Source of the DNA: Phaeosaccion multiseriatum
Lineage: Eukaryota; Protista; Ochrophyta, other classes
DNA length: 64,000 nt
Assembly (NCBI GenBank): GCA_965112735.1
Contig: OZ218952.1
Location: 5,208,001 to 5,272,000 of the forward strand
Direction of reading: 5' to 3'
Shown in pieces: positions 49,475 to 62,703 of this stretch. Each line of letters starts with the position of its first letter. Position 1 is the stretch's first letter. Position numbers and translations under genes: made by a program. Below the pieces are notes generated by a model. The model saw only the letters and a list, made by a program, of their open reading frames with translations, was not told the DNA's origin and did no database searches.

Positions 49475-52400
49475 CGTCTCAAGGTGTTAGGACCGCCCAT
49501 CCCATAGCCCTGCCCATGCCTGCCCCCACCATACCTTGTTGGGTTTGTCTGCCTGGAAGGGAAGCTTCCGCTTGTCCGCCTTGCCTCGAGGAGAGGCCGC
49601 AGCGGCCAACCACTTGAACAGCTTAATCGCCCCCTGCACACAAGAGAGAGAGAGAGAGAGAGAAGCAGCAGCAGTTCGTGATACAGCAGCAGCAGCAGCA
49701 GCAGCAGCGGCAGCAGCAAGACGACAGAGAGCGGCAGCAGAAGCAGGAGCAGCAACAACAGAAGCAACAACAGAAGCGGCGGCAAGAACGGCGGTCAGAG
49801 CAGAATCACAAGGAATCGCTGCAAGTAGGCTGAAGACGCACACGCACACGCATTGCCCCACCCGCCCCGGTGCGTTCCTTCCCTTCCCCTTCCCCTTCCC
49901 CTTCCCCTTCCCTCCCTCTCTCCCTCCTTCCCTCCCTCCCTCCCTCTCTCCCTCCTTCCCTCTCTCCCTCCCTCCCCTGACTGACTGCTCATGTGACTGA
50001 CGTACCTTGAGGTCTTTGATTGCGTCCCTAACCTCCTGCACGGTGCGCTGCTCCTTCTCCTGATGCTTCTTGAGCACCGCCACCGCAAGAGTCTCTCTGA
50101 GAGGTGCAGCAGTTGGTGATACAGCAGCAGCGGCAGCAGTTGGTGATACGGAGGGCAGAGTGAGCTGGTTGCGCCCCACATGTCTCAATTGACATAATCC
50201 TCTTTCTCCTCTCCCCACCCCCACCCCTCTCTCGCGCTCTCCTCTCTTCTCCCCTCCCTCAGCCCTCCCCTCCCCTCCCCTCCCCTCCCCTCTCCTCACC
50301 TGGTGAGTGCAAGGTTGTACCAAATGGTGAGGTTCTGGGGCTCGAGGTGGCTGGCCTTCAGCAAAGCCCTCATACAGTCCGCAAAGCGCTTGGCCTCAAA
50401 GTACGCGTGGGCCAAGTACATGTGTAGAGTAGGATCCCTGATGGCAGCGGATGGAGGGGGAAAGGGGAAGATGGGGGGTGGGGGAGGGGCGGAGGGAAGG
50501 CAAGCAAAGCAGAGCCACCGGGGGGGGGTGAGTCAATGTGCCAGGCGAAACGCACCCAAGAGAGAAGAAAAATACGGTCCCAACCAGAGAGAGCGAGCAG
50601 AGCACTTCCTCGACGTGTCCTAGCCCACCGACACTCACTCACTCACTCACTCACTCACTCACTCACTCTCTCACTCACTCACTCACTCACTCACCCACTC
50701 ACTCACACTCACTCACTCCCTCCCTCCCTCCCTCCCTCCCTCCCTCACTCACTCACTCACTCACTCACCCACTCACTCACACTCACTCACTCCCTCCCTC
50801 CCTCCCTCCCTCCCTCCCTTCCCCTCCCAAAGCACACACGCACTCACCTCCCTCCATGCACACTGACAAGGCAGTTCTGATAGAGCCTAATGGCCTCGCT
50901 GTGCTTGCCCAGAGCCAGGTACACATGCGCCAGGTTGACCCACACGTCCCCAAGGCTGTTGCCCCCGAGCCTGCTCTCTGCGTCGCTGGCTGCCTCGCGC
51001 ACCTGGGGCAGAGCAGTTGCGGTTTTACGGTTTCAGGTTCAGTTGCAGTTGCAGTCTCACAGTCCATGGGAAGTTCAACCAAAATAAGACTGGATTGACC
51101 AGGTACTCGCATCCTCCCTCTCCATCCACTGCCATCCACCCCCATCCACCCCCATCCCCTCCCTCCCTCCCTTCCTTCCGCGCTCACCCACCCCACTACT
51201 ATATCACCAATTGCCGTACCTGGCTGAAGACGTCCTTGGCCTGGTCGAGGTTGCTCTTCTCAGCGAGGACCATGCCGAGCCCATTGGCGGCGTAGGCGTT
51301 GCTCATGTCTCGCACCAGGATCTGCAGAGAGGGGGGGGGGGAGGAGAGAGAGAGGGAGTTAGGTAGAGAGAGAGACAACGAGAGAGAGAGAGAAAGAGAG
51401 AGAAAGAGTTAGAGAGGGAGAGAGAGAGACAAGGAGAGAAAGAGAGAGCTCAAAACGCACACGCGCCAGCAATGGACAAGAATGGACACACAAACAACAA
51501 CGCCTCGGATGCTCTCTTGCGGCTCTACTGTGAGGAGTGAGTGTGAGGAGTGTGAGGGAGGGCAGCGCAGCTGTGTCGTGCAATCCTTCCCCCTCCTCAC
51601 TGCCTCACTCCCTCCCACTCTTTCACTTCGGAGCCGAGTCAGGCAGGCAGTAGGTGACTCAGTCGCTCACTCCATCCCCTCCCTCGTTCTCTCCCTCCAC
51701 CCACCCCTCTCTCCCTCTCCCTCCCCCCCTCCTCCCTCCCCCCTCACCGCTCCCCACCCACCTGGTTGTAGAAGTTTGCCGCGTGCTGCAGGTGTCTCTC
51801 GTACTTGCCCTTGTCCTGCGAAGGGCAGACAGAGGCATATGGGGCACAGAAGAGGCAGACAGGCATATGGGGCAGCACAGAGGCAGACAGGCATATGGGT
51901 CACAGAAGAGGCAGAGATACGTGGCAGCCATGGAGACAAGAGGCCAAGGGTGAGGCCTAGGGTGAGTCGAAGGAGTCCGAAGGCGCACGGCAAGAGGGCG
52001 CACTTGCAACTGCACTCGCACAGCGCCTTACAACGACGGGGAGATTCGGAAACAGCTGTTTTCGGTTACAGCTGTTCGGTTCGGTTCGGTTCGGTTCGGT
52101 TCGGTTCGGTTCGGTTCGGTTACTGTGCGTGATAATAACGCAACGCAAGGGCACAACGTAGCCACTGAAGATTTCTCACTCCCTTCCTCCCTGTCTCCCC
52201 TCCACTGCCATCCCCTCCTGCCTCCTCCTACCTCTAGGTTGGCGAAGTAGATGTTGCCGAGGCTGAGCATAGCGTAACTGTCGCCAAGCGTGGCTGGCAC
52301 CTGCAGAATCTGCTCGAACTTCTTCTGGGCGGGGCTGAGGGGATGGCAGTGGATGGGGAGGGGACGGGGGGCAGTTTGAGCGGGGGGGGTGGCAGTGGAT

Positions 52401-55400
52401 GGCGGGCGGGGCGAAGCTGCGCTCTCCCCATACGAATGCACACCCACGCCCCAGTCACACTACATGACAACACCTACCTACCCACCCACCCACACCTACA
52501 CCCACGCCCACACCCACCTACCCACCCATCCGCACCCACACCCACACCCACCCCACCCGCATGCACACACACGCACACACACACGCACACACACACGCTC
52601 ACACACACACGCACACACACGCACGCACACGCTCACACACGCTCACACACGCTCACACACGCTCACACACACACACACACGCACACACACGCACGCACGC
52701 ACGCACACACACACGCTCACACACACACGCACACACGCACACATGCACACACACACGCACACACGCACACACGCACATATGCACACACACACGCACGCAC
52801 ACACACACACGCACACTTACCTCCACTCCGCGTGTCGCATGTGCAGATTGCCAAAGTACGACAGCACATCGGGATTGTCGGGTTCCACCTCCAACGCTTG
52901 ACTGAACCACTCGGAGGCCTCTCGGATCTGCCCGCAGTTGCGAGCGATGCATCCGAGACGGAGGTAGCACTTGACGTAAGTGGGATGCTCAGCCAAGATT
53001 GCCTTGTGCAGCTCTAGGGCGGCTTCGTGGAAACCTGATCAGGGGAGGAGAGGGGGGGGGAGTGAGAAGGAGTGGAGGGGAGGGGAGGGGGAGGGAGGGG
53101 AGAGGAGGACAAGGGAGTGAAAAGGAGTGGAGGGGAGGGGAAGGGAGTGAAAAGGATGGGAGGGGAGGGGAGGGTAAAGGAAGGGAGGGGAGGGGATGAG
53201 ACGGGGGGGGGGAGGGAAGAGGAGGGAAGAGTAGAGGAGGAGAGGGGGAGGAGGGGCGGGTCAGAGGGCAGGGTGGCGGTGTGTCAAAGACCAAAAGCCG
53301 GCAGAGGGATGTTAGGTAGAATGAATGTGTCATACGATGCTCTCACCCCCACCTGCCACCAATCTTGCCCACCACTATTTGTTGCCATCTACTGCATGTA
53401 CTACCATCGACTACCTTCTGCTATCATCTACCAGTACCTGATACCATCTACTGCCTTTCTACTACAACCTGCTGCCTTCTCTACCATCTGCTGCCATCTG
53501 CCGCCAAATCTACCGCCCCTGCTTGCCCTCCCCTACGCCATCCACTGTCATCCCCTACACCATCCACTGCCATCTGCCCCCCCCCCCTCCTCACCTCTCT
53601 TCTCGTGCAGCAGGGCCATGTTGAAGGCGATGCTGACGCTCGTGGTGGACGCCACAAGCACCTCGGGCCGCGGAACTTTCCTCGCCAGCGGAACGTTCTC
53701 CAGCGCCGCCCCCCTTCTCAACCCCCCGCCCCCCTCCTCCTCCTCCGTCGCCACCAAGTCAGCCAGCTCGTACGCCTCCCCCCCCCCCCCTCCCCCTCCT
53801 CCTCCTTCGCCATCCTCGAGCCTCCGTTGCACAATGGATACAAGTCCGCCCTTACCCCCTACACGGATCCGATGCCCTTGCTGGAGTGCTGCCCCGTGCT
53901 GCACTGAGGTGGTGAGGACAGAAGTGCCTGGCCGGATAGAGGCCGTGCCCTTGAGTGTCTTCCAGCGCCAGAAGATCTTGTTGGCTGGGTCTACGATCTG
54001 CAGAAGGCTGCTGCTGCTGCCACTGCCACTGCCACTGCCACTGCCACTGCTGCTGCTGCTGCTGCTGGCCCCTCCCCCCCCACCTCCCCCTCCCTCCTTG
54101 TCCTTCTTACCAGAGGCTCCCTCCTCGTTCTCTTCGTCTTCCTCCTCCTCGTCATCTTCCTCCTCCTCTTGCCCGTGCCCCGTCCCTCTGCTGCCCCTAC
54201 TCCCTCCCCCCCTCCTCCTTCCATGAGGGCGCTGAACCGCCAAGCTCAGTGCCTCTTCGTACGTTGCTGCCGCCGCATCGAAATCACCGAGACACTCGTG
54301 CAGCACTGCGAGGTTGGTAAGAATTGCCTCGTGGCATTTGTTGGTGCTGCTGGATGACCAATTGCTGCTGCTGTTGCCGCTGTTGCCGCTGCTGCTGTCG
54401 CCGCTGTTGCCGCCCCCCCTCCCCTTCTCCTTTTCTAGCATTTCCCAAGCCTTGAGATAGCTGGCGAGGGCCACTTTACGCCCGCTTGGCTCTTTCTGTA
54501 GGACCTGCTCCTCCACCAAAGGGACGAAGATAGATAGACAGACAGACAGACACACAGAGAGAGATAGAGAGAGACCGAAACGAATGAGTGGAAGGCTCTT
54601 CCGACAAAGGGAGGGGAGCACTGTCATCGTGTGTGGGGAAGAAGCACATACGTCAGCAAATGAGAAGAGGCAAGGGCAGAGAGGGGAGCCACAGCCGCCA
54701 GACGGGCATGGCCTGACGGTACAGCATGGGGGTCTGTTTGGGGGTCTGTGTGCTTATCCACGACCCAAGCACGCTCACCTGCGCCTGTGCGATGAGTGCC
54801 TCCGTGTAGTTTGGGTTGATCTCGAGAGCCGCCGCGAACTTGGCCAGGGCCTCCTTGGTGTCTCCCTGAGGGTGGTATGCGTGTGTGTGTGTGTGTGTGT
54901 GTGACAGAGAGAGAGCGGCGAGAGACACGACTGAGTGCCAGAACTGTACTGAACACCGAAACTGACTACTGGCGAAAGGCAAAGAAACTGCAAACTGCAA
55001 ATTGCAAACGGAAAACGGACCTTCTTGGCGAGCAACATGCCGAGCAGCACGAGGGGCTCTTGACTGTCGGGTTGCTCCGTCAGCACAATGTCCAGGCACT
55101 CACGGGCCGCGTCCAACTGCCCCTCCTCCACCAGCACTTGCGCCAGTCCGTACTGAGATGGGATGGGATGGCAGTGGATGGGATGGGACGGGATGGGATG
55201 ACGGGAGGGATGACAGGGTCAATCGTAACAGATCAATTCATGAGAGAGAGAGAGAGAGAGAGACAAGGAGATGGACAAGCAATGATGAGAGGCAATGAGA
55301 GAGAGGGACGAGAGAAGCAGCGAGAGTGAGAGGGATAATAAGACGCGGCAGGAGGGAGGTCTGCCATCTGCTGCCATCCATCTACTGCATCAATCCATCC

Positions 55401-58294
55401 ATCCATCCATCCGTCCGTCCTGCCATCTCCCCTCTGCTATCCATCCACCCATACATCCACCCATCTCCTTCCTCTCTCTCTCTCTCTCTCTCTCACCTGG
55501 GCAGGTGCGAAGGCCGGCCACAGCTTACACGCTTCATTGTAGCAGATCTTGGCGTCCGCGAATCTTCGCTTGGTGTGATGCACCCTCCCCATGATGTAGC
55601 ACGACTCCGCCTTTATCTCCGCCACATCCGTGCTTTGGTAGCCCTGGTTGGGTGGGTGGGTGCGTTTTGGGTTGTTTGGGTTTGTAGTGTTTAGTTTGGT
55701 GCTTAGTTTGGTGGTTTAGTTTGGTGCTTGGTGGGTTTGGTTGGATAGTTTGCATAGTGTTTCGTATACGGATATATGGGTGTATAAGAGGTATACACAC
55801 ACATATGATATGGTATATACGGGCCCCCACATTCACACGCCCACGCGCCCACGGACACGCACACGCACCCACACCAACCTGCTGTGCCAAGCGCAGGACA
55901 CGTGCGTGGTCCTTGATGTAGAGAGGCAGGCCGGTGGCGTCGTCCCCGTCCCAGAGGTGCTCCACCGTCAGCTCGGCCTTGTGCTCCGAGTTGTTGGCCA
56001 CGGATACGGCCTGAGGGGGGCACAAGGCACAAGGCACACGAGGCATACAAAGCACAGCCGTTGGTGATACAGCCCAGCACAGCAGAGCTCGTACGTGCTT
56101 AAGTCTTGCTGCTCCGTGTGTGTACCATACCATGTACCGACTGATATACGCCAACATACCCTCTGCACCCCTCGCGCATGCCCCTCCACTCCCTGTCCGT
56201 CTCTCTCCCTCCCTCCCTCCCGTGCCTCCCTCCGTCCCTCCCTCTGTCCCTCCCTCACCTTGCTGACAAGGCCAGGTCCTATCCGAACGCTGTCCCCCGG
56301 TGCGATGGCGCCATCAAGGCTGCTGCTACACGTCACCACGCTTGAGCCCCTGGCCACGGCTGCGGTCATCTTCTTCAAAGGGCTCCATGTCCAGAAGTAG
56401 TGATTGGCCAAGTGGTTCAGCGCCATGCTGTGAGTAGAGGAGTGGAGGGGAGGGCGGCGGGTTGGGAGGGAGGGAGGGAGGGAGGAGAGGAGGGGTGGGT
56501 GGGTGAGAGGGAGGGATGGACGGAGGGAGGGGGTGAGTGAGTGAGTGAGTGAGTGAGTGAGTGAGTGAGCACAGCGTCAGCACCATACATACACACATGA
56601 TGCACACATGGCATCTTTTCGCTCTCTCCCTTCCGTCTGCCCTCCCGTTAGATGCCCTCACGCGCACACACACACACACACACGCACACATTATACACAA
56701 ACAGAGGGGGAACACACAGAGACACACATAAACACACACGCACACACACAATCATACACACACCTGTTGTTCTTGTTGGTGTGGTACGCCAGGCTGATGA
56801 GGCCCATCGCTGCCTCCGTCTTAACAGAGGCGTCGGGTGCGCTCTTGTCGATAGACTGAGCACGCACGCACGCACGCACGCACGCACACACGCACACACA
56901 CCCAGAGAGAGGGAAGGGGAGAGAGGGGGAGAGAGGGAGGGAGAGAGAGGGAGAGAGAGGGAGAGAGAAAAGAGAGAGGAGGGGAAGAGAGAGAGAGGGA
57001 GACAGACACGTACGTGTCAGGACGAGACCTTATTAGCCCCCCCTTCCTGCCTCCGCTTCGTAGCGCCCCCCCCGGCCTCGACCTGCCCAGCCCCTTAGGG
57101 CGCGCACCCTTCGCACCCTTCGCACCCTTCTCTCCACCCCGCAACCCCTAACCCCCCACTCTCTCCTCCCACCCCTCCCACCCTCTCCTCCCTCTCCTCC
57201 CTCTCCTCCCACCCCTCCCACCCTCTCCTTCCACGCTCTCCTCCCACCCTCTCCTTCCTCTCCTCCCACCCTCTCCTCCCTCTCCTCCCTCTCCTCCCAC
57301 CTCTCACCTCAAGCTCGAGCACAGCAGAGCCGACCATGGCCTCAACGTTCTGCGGTGCGAGCTGCAGAGCCCTCTTGAAGCAAGCCCTGGCACGCTCCAT
57401 CTGCCCCAGGCGGTGGCAGCACAGGCCCATGCCGATGCGCACCGTCGGCCCACAGCGGGGGTGAAGACGGAGTACCCTGCGGGGTTGAGTGGTTGGTTGG
57501 GTTGGGTTGGGTTGGTTGGGTTGGTTGGGATGGTTGGTTGTGGTGGTTAGAGGTTTGGATGGGTTGGTTGGTTGGGTTGGTTGGTTGGGTCGGCCTGACA
57601 TGGATGGAACAACAGCCCTGCACTGCCTTCTTGCTCGCTCGCTCTCCCCCCGCCCCGCCCGCCCGTACCTGCAGTAGCGGTCGAGGGCCCCCTGGTAGTC
57701 CCTCTGATGGAATGCGATGGAGGCCTCCCCAAGCATGGCGGGCAAGTTGTTCTTGCTCTTGTCCCTGTTGACATACTCAAAGAGCTTCTGCGCCTTTCCC
57801 AAGTCTCCCTGCGCGAGGTTGAACACACCCTTCCCCACCCAAGTCAGCTCGCACATGGTCTCTATACGGTCGCAGGCTGTGAAGCAGTCCACCGCGCGGT
57901 TATAGTGCTCCTTCTGAGCGTTTTTGTCTCTGCACGCCTGCGCCTGCTTGATGCTGTCCGCCGCAAGGGCATTGAGGATGCGCAATCGCCCGGCCTTGAA
58001 CGCCTCCGGGTCGTCCGAGTAGAAGCGCTCCGTCTCCGGGTTGAGGGCTCCGCTGATCTCGTTCAGAATCTCCCGGAAGCTATCCGCAATACCTTGCCGG
58101 TAGTACTCCACGGCAAAGCGCAGCCAAATGTCCAGAGGCGCAATCTCCGCTTTGAGGACGTCCACCACGTCGTTGATATCCAGGGGAAGCTCATCCGTGA
58201 AAACCTGCACGCGCTGCTGCGAGCCGCGCACGGGGATCTCGATGAAGTCCAACTCTTCATCGGCCTTCAGCCAGGCGGCGTCTCCGTGCATCAT
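47165..58294 (-). CDS. CTR9: RNA polymerase-associated protein CTR9 (PAF1 complex TPR subunit), >20 exons
   Basis: N-terminus [40 protein letters not shown]; TPR exons ([58 protein letters not shown]); acidic low-complexity C-terminus. Confidence 0.92.
47896..48136. repeat. Intronic minisatellite, 19-bp unit CATACACCTCTACCCTGCC x ~12
   Basis: Directly visible in the last CTR9 intron, adjacent to the donor site. Confidence 0.93.
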
Positions 58295-59726
58295 TGTTGC
58301 TGTGCACCGCTCTGCTCTGCCCTCCCTTTGTTAAAGATCCAATTGGATCTCCTCCTGCTGCGCGCGCTTGTGCGCTTCGCTGCTGCCTCGCTACCGCGGT
58401 TCCTTGATCCCCTCGGCGCAGCAGCCTCGCACAGGGGGAGGACTGACCCGCGGCCTTTTGCTGAAGCCCCCCTTTAGGGGAAGGACTTTCCCTTCTGCTG
58501 TACCACTCTGCCTCCCTCACCCCGCAGACTCTTCCTTTCCCCACCAGCCTCGGCCAACAGGACTATTCTTGCCTTTCCCTCTACTACAACTCTGGTTATT
58601 TACGATGTTTATTTCGTCTCTTCCCCAGATGCGATTTCCCACCTTCTCCGTAACTTTACGTAATCTTACATACAAACTGGGTCGGAACAACAAAGGTTGT
58701 TGGGCAAGGAACGTACGAGCCAATCAAGGCCAAGGCTTAGGGGACGAGGGAGGAGCGGGGCTGAGGACTCGAAGTCGGGGATCCATCTTAATTTGGCCGG
58801 ACCCCGCCTTGGAGGGCAGATCACCAGCGTTCGGCTCAGCAGACCCGGACGATGGGCCTGTTCAAGAAGAAGAAGGGAACCGATGAAGGTATAACAGAAG
58901 GGAGGGAGGGGAAAGGGAGAAGTGGGAGAGAGTGAGGATGTGGGTGTTGGGGGGGAGCGGGGAGCGCTGCCTGTATTGTTGTTGCTTCTCTCCTGCCATG
59001 ATTTGGATTTGGCCAACGTGGAGAGGCTCAGCTCGGATCTTTAGGGAGAGCTCGAAAGCAGCATCAGCAGCACCAGCAGCATCAGCCGCACAGTAGCAGA
59101 GCAGCGACAGAGGTCGATTACAAGCCATTTCAGCGTGAGGAGCGAGGCCTCAGCGCCGTGTGCGCAGCTTAATCCTTAATCTGGATTGTGGCTCCTCACT
59201 TCCCTGAGGTGATGACCACGTTCGTCCGAGAAAGCGGGGCATCGTGTGTCTGGTCTACGATGCCACCCCCCCCCTCCCCCGAGTGTTGCATGCCTTCAGC
59301 GAGAGAGAGGGGGCGCTTTCTTTGAAGAGTGTGCATCTCGGGGGTGCCGTGAGGGAGGGGAGGGGATAGAGACGCAGTTCAGCAGTGAGAACGCCGTTGA
59401 GGCTCCATCCACCGCACCGCAAACCTCTCAAACCTTCTCCGCCCCTCCTTTTCATCTGCCACACGTCCTCCTCCCTCGTCCTGCACACAAACATATGCAC
59501 ACTTCTTCTCACCCCCTCCTCCTCCTCCTCCTCCTCCTCCTCCTCCTCCTCCTTTTCCTCTTACGCTTCTCCGGCACCACCATGCGCAGACGCCTACTCC
59601 GTGGCCGAATCGGGCCGCACCCGGGGCAGTCAGGCGCCTCTACGCGCCGGCGGTTTGTCGGACGCACCCGGAGGAGCTCGGCGCGGGGGGAGGGCAGGCA
59701 GCACGGGCTCTCTCACCCCCTCTGAG

Positions 59727-62665
59727 ATGAGCGAGATCAGCGCAGGACCCGAGAAGTGGAGGAGAGTCCGGAGAGGTGAGAAGACGAAGCGCCCCGGGAG
59801 GGGAGGGGAGCAGAGCAGGGCACGAGCAGGAGAGCAAAGGCCAACAGAGCTGCTGTAGTTTCAGTTTCAGTGGGTCACGATCTGTGCCTGCGTCTCCTTC
59901 GCCCTTCTCTGAGTCTCTCGAGTGGAGGGAGTGAGTCGAAAGTCATTAAGCATCATAGTGTCGCAGTGTGCCCTTCCTGCTTCCTTGCATCTGCCGAAGC
60001 GCCCCCCTCCCCCCATCCACTGCCATCGCTTCTCACACACTCCATCTACTGCCATCGCTGCTGGCCCACACCATCCACTGCCATCGCTGCTGATACACCC
60101 CGTCCAGGGGCGCACATGGCTTACGTCCCCTTCGACGTGGAGTTGGAGGGGGAGGCGACCGAGGCCCCCGAAGACGCAGTAGGAGTGTTCCCTCCGCCCT
60201 TCGAGACCAACGACAACACGAGCAACTGGCCGGCCAAGTGCCCTTTCCTGCATCTCAAGTTCAGCGAGTTCGCCACGGAGGAGAAGGTGAGTGGGTGGAT
60301 GTGGATGGCAGTGGATGGATGGCAGGGTCGGCATGCCTCGGGTCTCATCCGAGAGTGGAGAAGTAAGGCTCTACTTACAGAGTCGAGGCTCTACTAGACA
60401 AGAGTGGGGTCGCTAACTGTCTGTCGTCGGAGGAACGGAGGCCTTTCAGCTGGCGCTCACCCACCTGCCGCTTCATCGTTGATTGCTTTCGTTTCCCTTC
60501 TCTTTGTTGTACCCTCTACCCCCCGCCTACCCATCAGAGGCAATTCATCGCCTTCAGCTATTACTTCTGGTACTTCCTCTCCACGGTGTTGCTCTTCGGT
60601 CTCGTGGCGGCGGTGGTGACGTCACTCATCTCCCCGTCACCCAAACCCGAGCTTGTCTTTACAAGCTTTGCCTTGGCCTTTTTTGGCTTCTTTTGGTTTT
60701 TCTTTGCGCACTTCCGCCTCATCTACAACGGCATGCGGTGAGTGAGTGAGTGAATGATGAAGGATGAGTGAATGAGTGAGTGAGTGAGGGATTGAGTGAG
60801 TGATGAAGGATGAGGGAGTGAGTGAGTGAGTGAGTGAGTGAAGGATGAAGGATGAGGGAGTGAGGGAGTGAGTGACGGAGAATGAGGGTCGGGGAGGCTC
60901 TGGCTGCAGCTGTGCAGCGTCAATTGCCCTTCTCCCCCCCTCTCCGACACTCACTTCACACACACCTCCTGGCACATCACACCTCACCTCCCGGAACCTC
61001 ACACCACGCACCAGGTACCGCAAGGGATTTCTGATCGTGCTGTACCAGCTGCAGACTTTGGTGCTCTTCTTCATCGCCGTGTATCAAATGTTCACCGCCA
61101 TCGGAAATATTGTGCAGCTCCTCGGTGAGTCAATCAGAGTGGTTGGGTGGGTGAGTGAGTGAGTGGGTGAGTGAGTCAGAGAGTGAGTGAGTGGGCGAGT
61201 GAGTGGGTGAGAGAGTGGATGGGTGGGTGAGTGAGTGGAGTGAATGAGTGAGGAAGTGGGTGAGAGAGTGGATGGGTGGGTGAGTGAGTGAGTAAGTGGA
61301 GCGAGTAGGTGAGTTGAGTGAGAGGTAGCAAACCCATGTTCCCCCGAATCCTGCCCTTTCCCTTATCCTCCCCCCTTCCCCTCTTCCTCCTGCTACTGCT
61401 CAGCTCCTCTGGCGCCTGGCTCGGCGGTGCCCGTAAGGCAGAACCCGATGGTGGCGGTGATCCTGCTCGGCGTGGTGGTAGGGCTGTGGTTCATCGTTAT
61501 GTTCATTTGCTTCTACCTCATCAAGAAGGTCGGACGGATGGAGGCATATGGGGATTGATTGATTGAGCTTGGGGGATGGCGGTCGGGGGAGGGAGGGAAG
61601 AAGGGAGGAAGGAACGGCTGGGGTCAGCACGCTGCCCTGTGTTTGTTGTTGCCCACGTAAGCTGTCAGTAGGTGTGTGGCTGGCTGGCTCGCTGGCTCCC
61701 TTGCATCTGCCCTGGAGGATCACGCCTTGATGCCTTTCCTCTTCTGACTTGCTTTCATCTCTTGCCGTTGCCTGCCCCTCCTCCTGCCTCTCCTCATCCT
61801 CCTCATCCTCCTCATCCTCCTCCTCCTCCTCCTCCAGGTCCACACCTTCAACACCATGCCTCTAGCGGTGGAGGAGGAGATTTACCAGAAAGAAAGCAGG
61901 CCCGGCTTCATCGAGGCTGCCGGCGAGGTACGCCCTCGACCCGACCTTTGTTGTTGCTGTTGATGGTGATGGTGATGGTGATGGTGGCGGTGCTGTTGTT
62001 GCTGTTCTTGTTGGTGGTGGTGGTGGTGGTGCTGCTGCTTATTCTTGTTGTCTGCGTTGTTCACTTAGTTGGCTTTCACTTTACTCTCTACTCCTCTACA
62101 CCCCTACGTTACCCTCTCTCTCTCACTCCTCCCACCTCCATACCCCACGTACCCCCATCTCTCTCTCACCCCTCCCCCCCTTAGAGCTTATCGGAGCGTG
62201 TGCTGTCCTGGTTTCGGGAGAAGCCCGACAAGCCCCTGCAGACGGTGCGCTGCGGAATGTTGCAGGGCAAGGATCTGTGGCTGCAGGGACAGATCACCTT
62301 CGACACCGTCTATGTCGAGTTTAAGGCCGATGTCCACTGCTTCGACCACCTGGTACGTAACGGTCCGTCCTACTTATGTACAACTTACGTACTACTTGGA
62401 TGGGGCTATGGCTCGCTTGCTCTTGGCGTCCATATGCCTGTCGGCCTGCTTGCCTGCCTACCTGCCCATATGCCTCCCCTGCACCCCTGACACCTAACAC
62501 TTGACACGAGGTCACACACACACAACAACACCCAAACACACACAGAGCTTTGAAAGGAATGGTCTTGAATGTTACACGAACAGAGTCGGCTTTGCCGCTC
62601 TTCCTGCCTTACTTCTTTTCAAAAGGCAGCACCCCAACCACACCCCCAACCACACCCCCTCCCAA

Positions 62666-62703
<38 letters not shown>

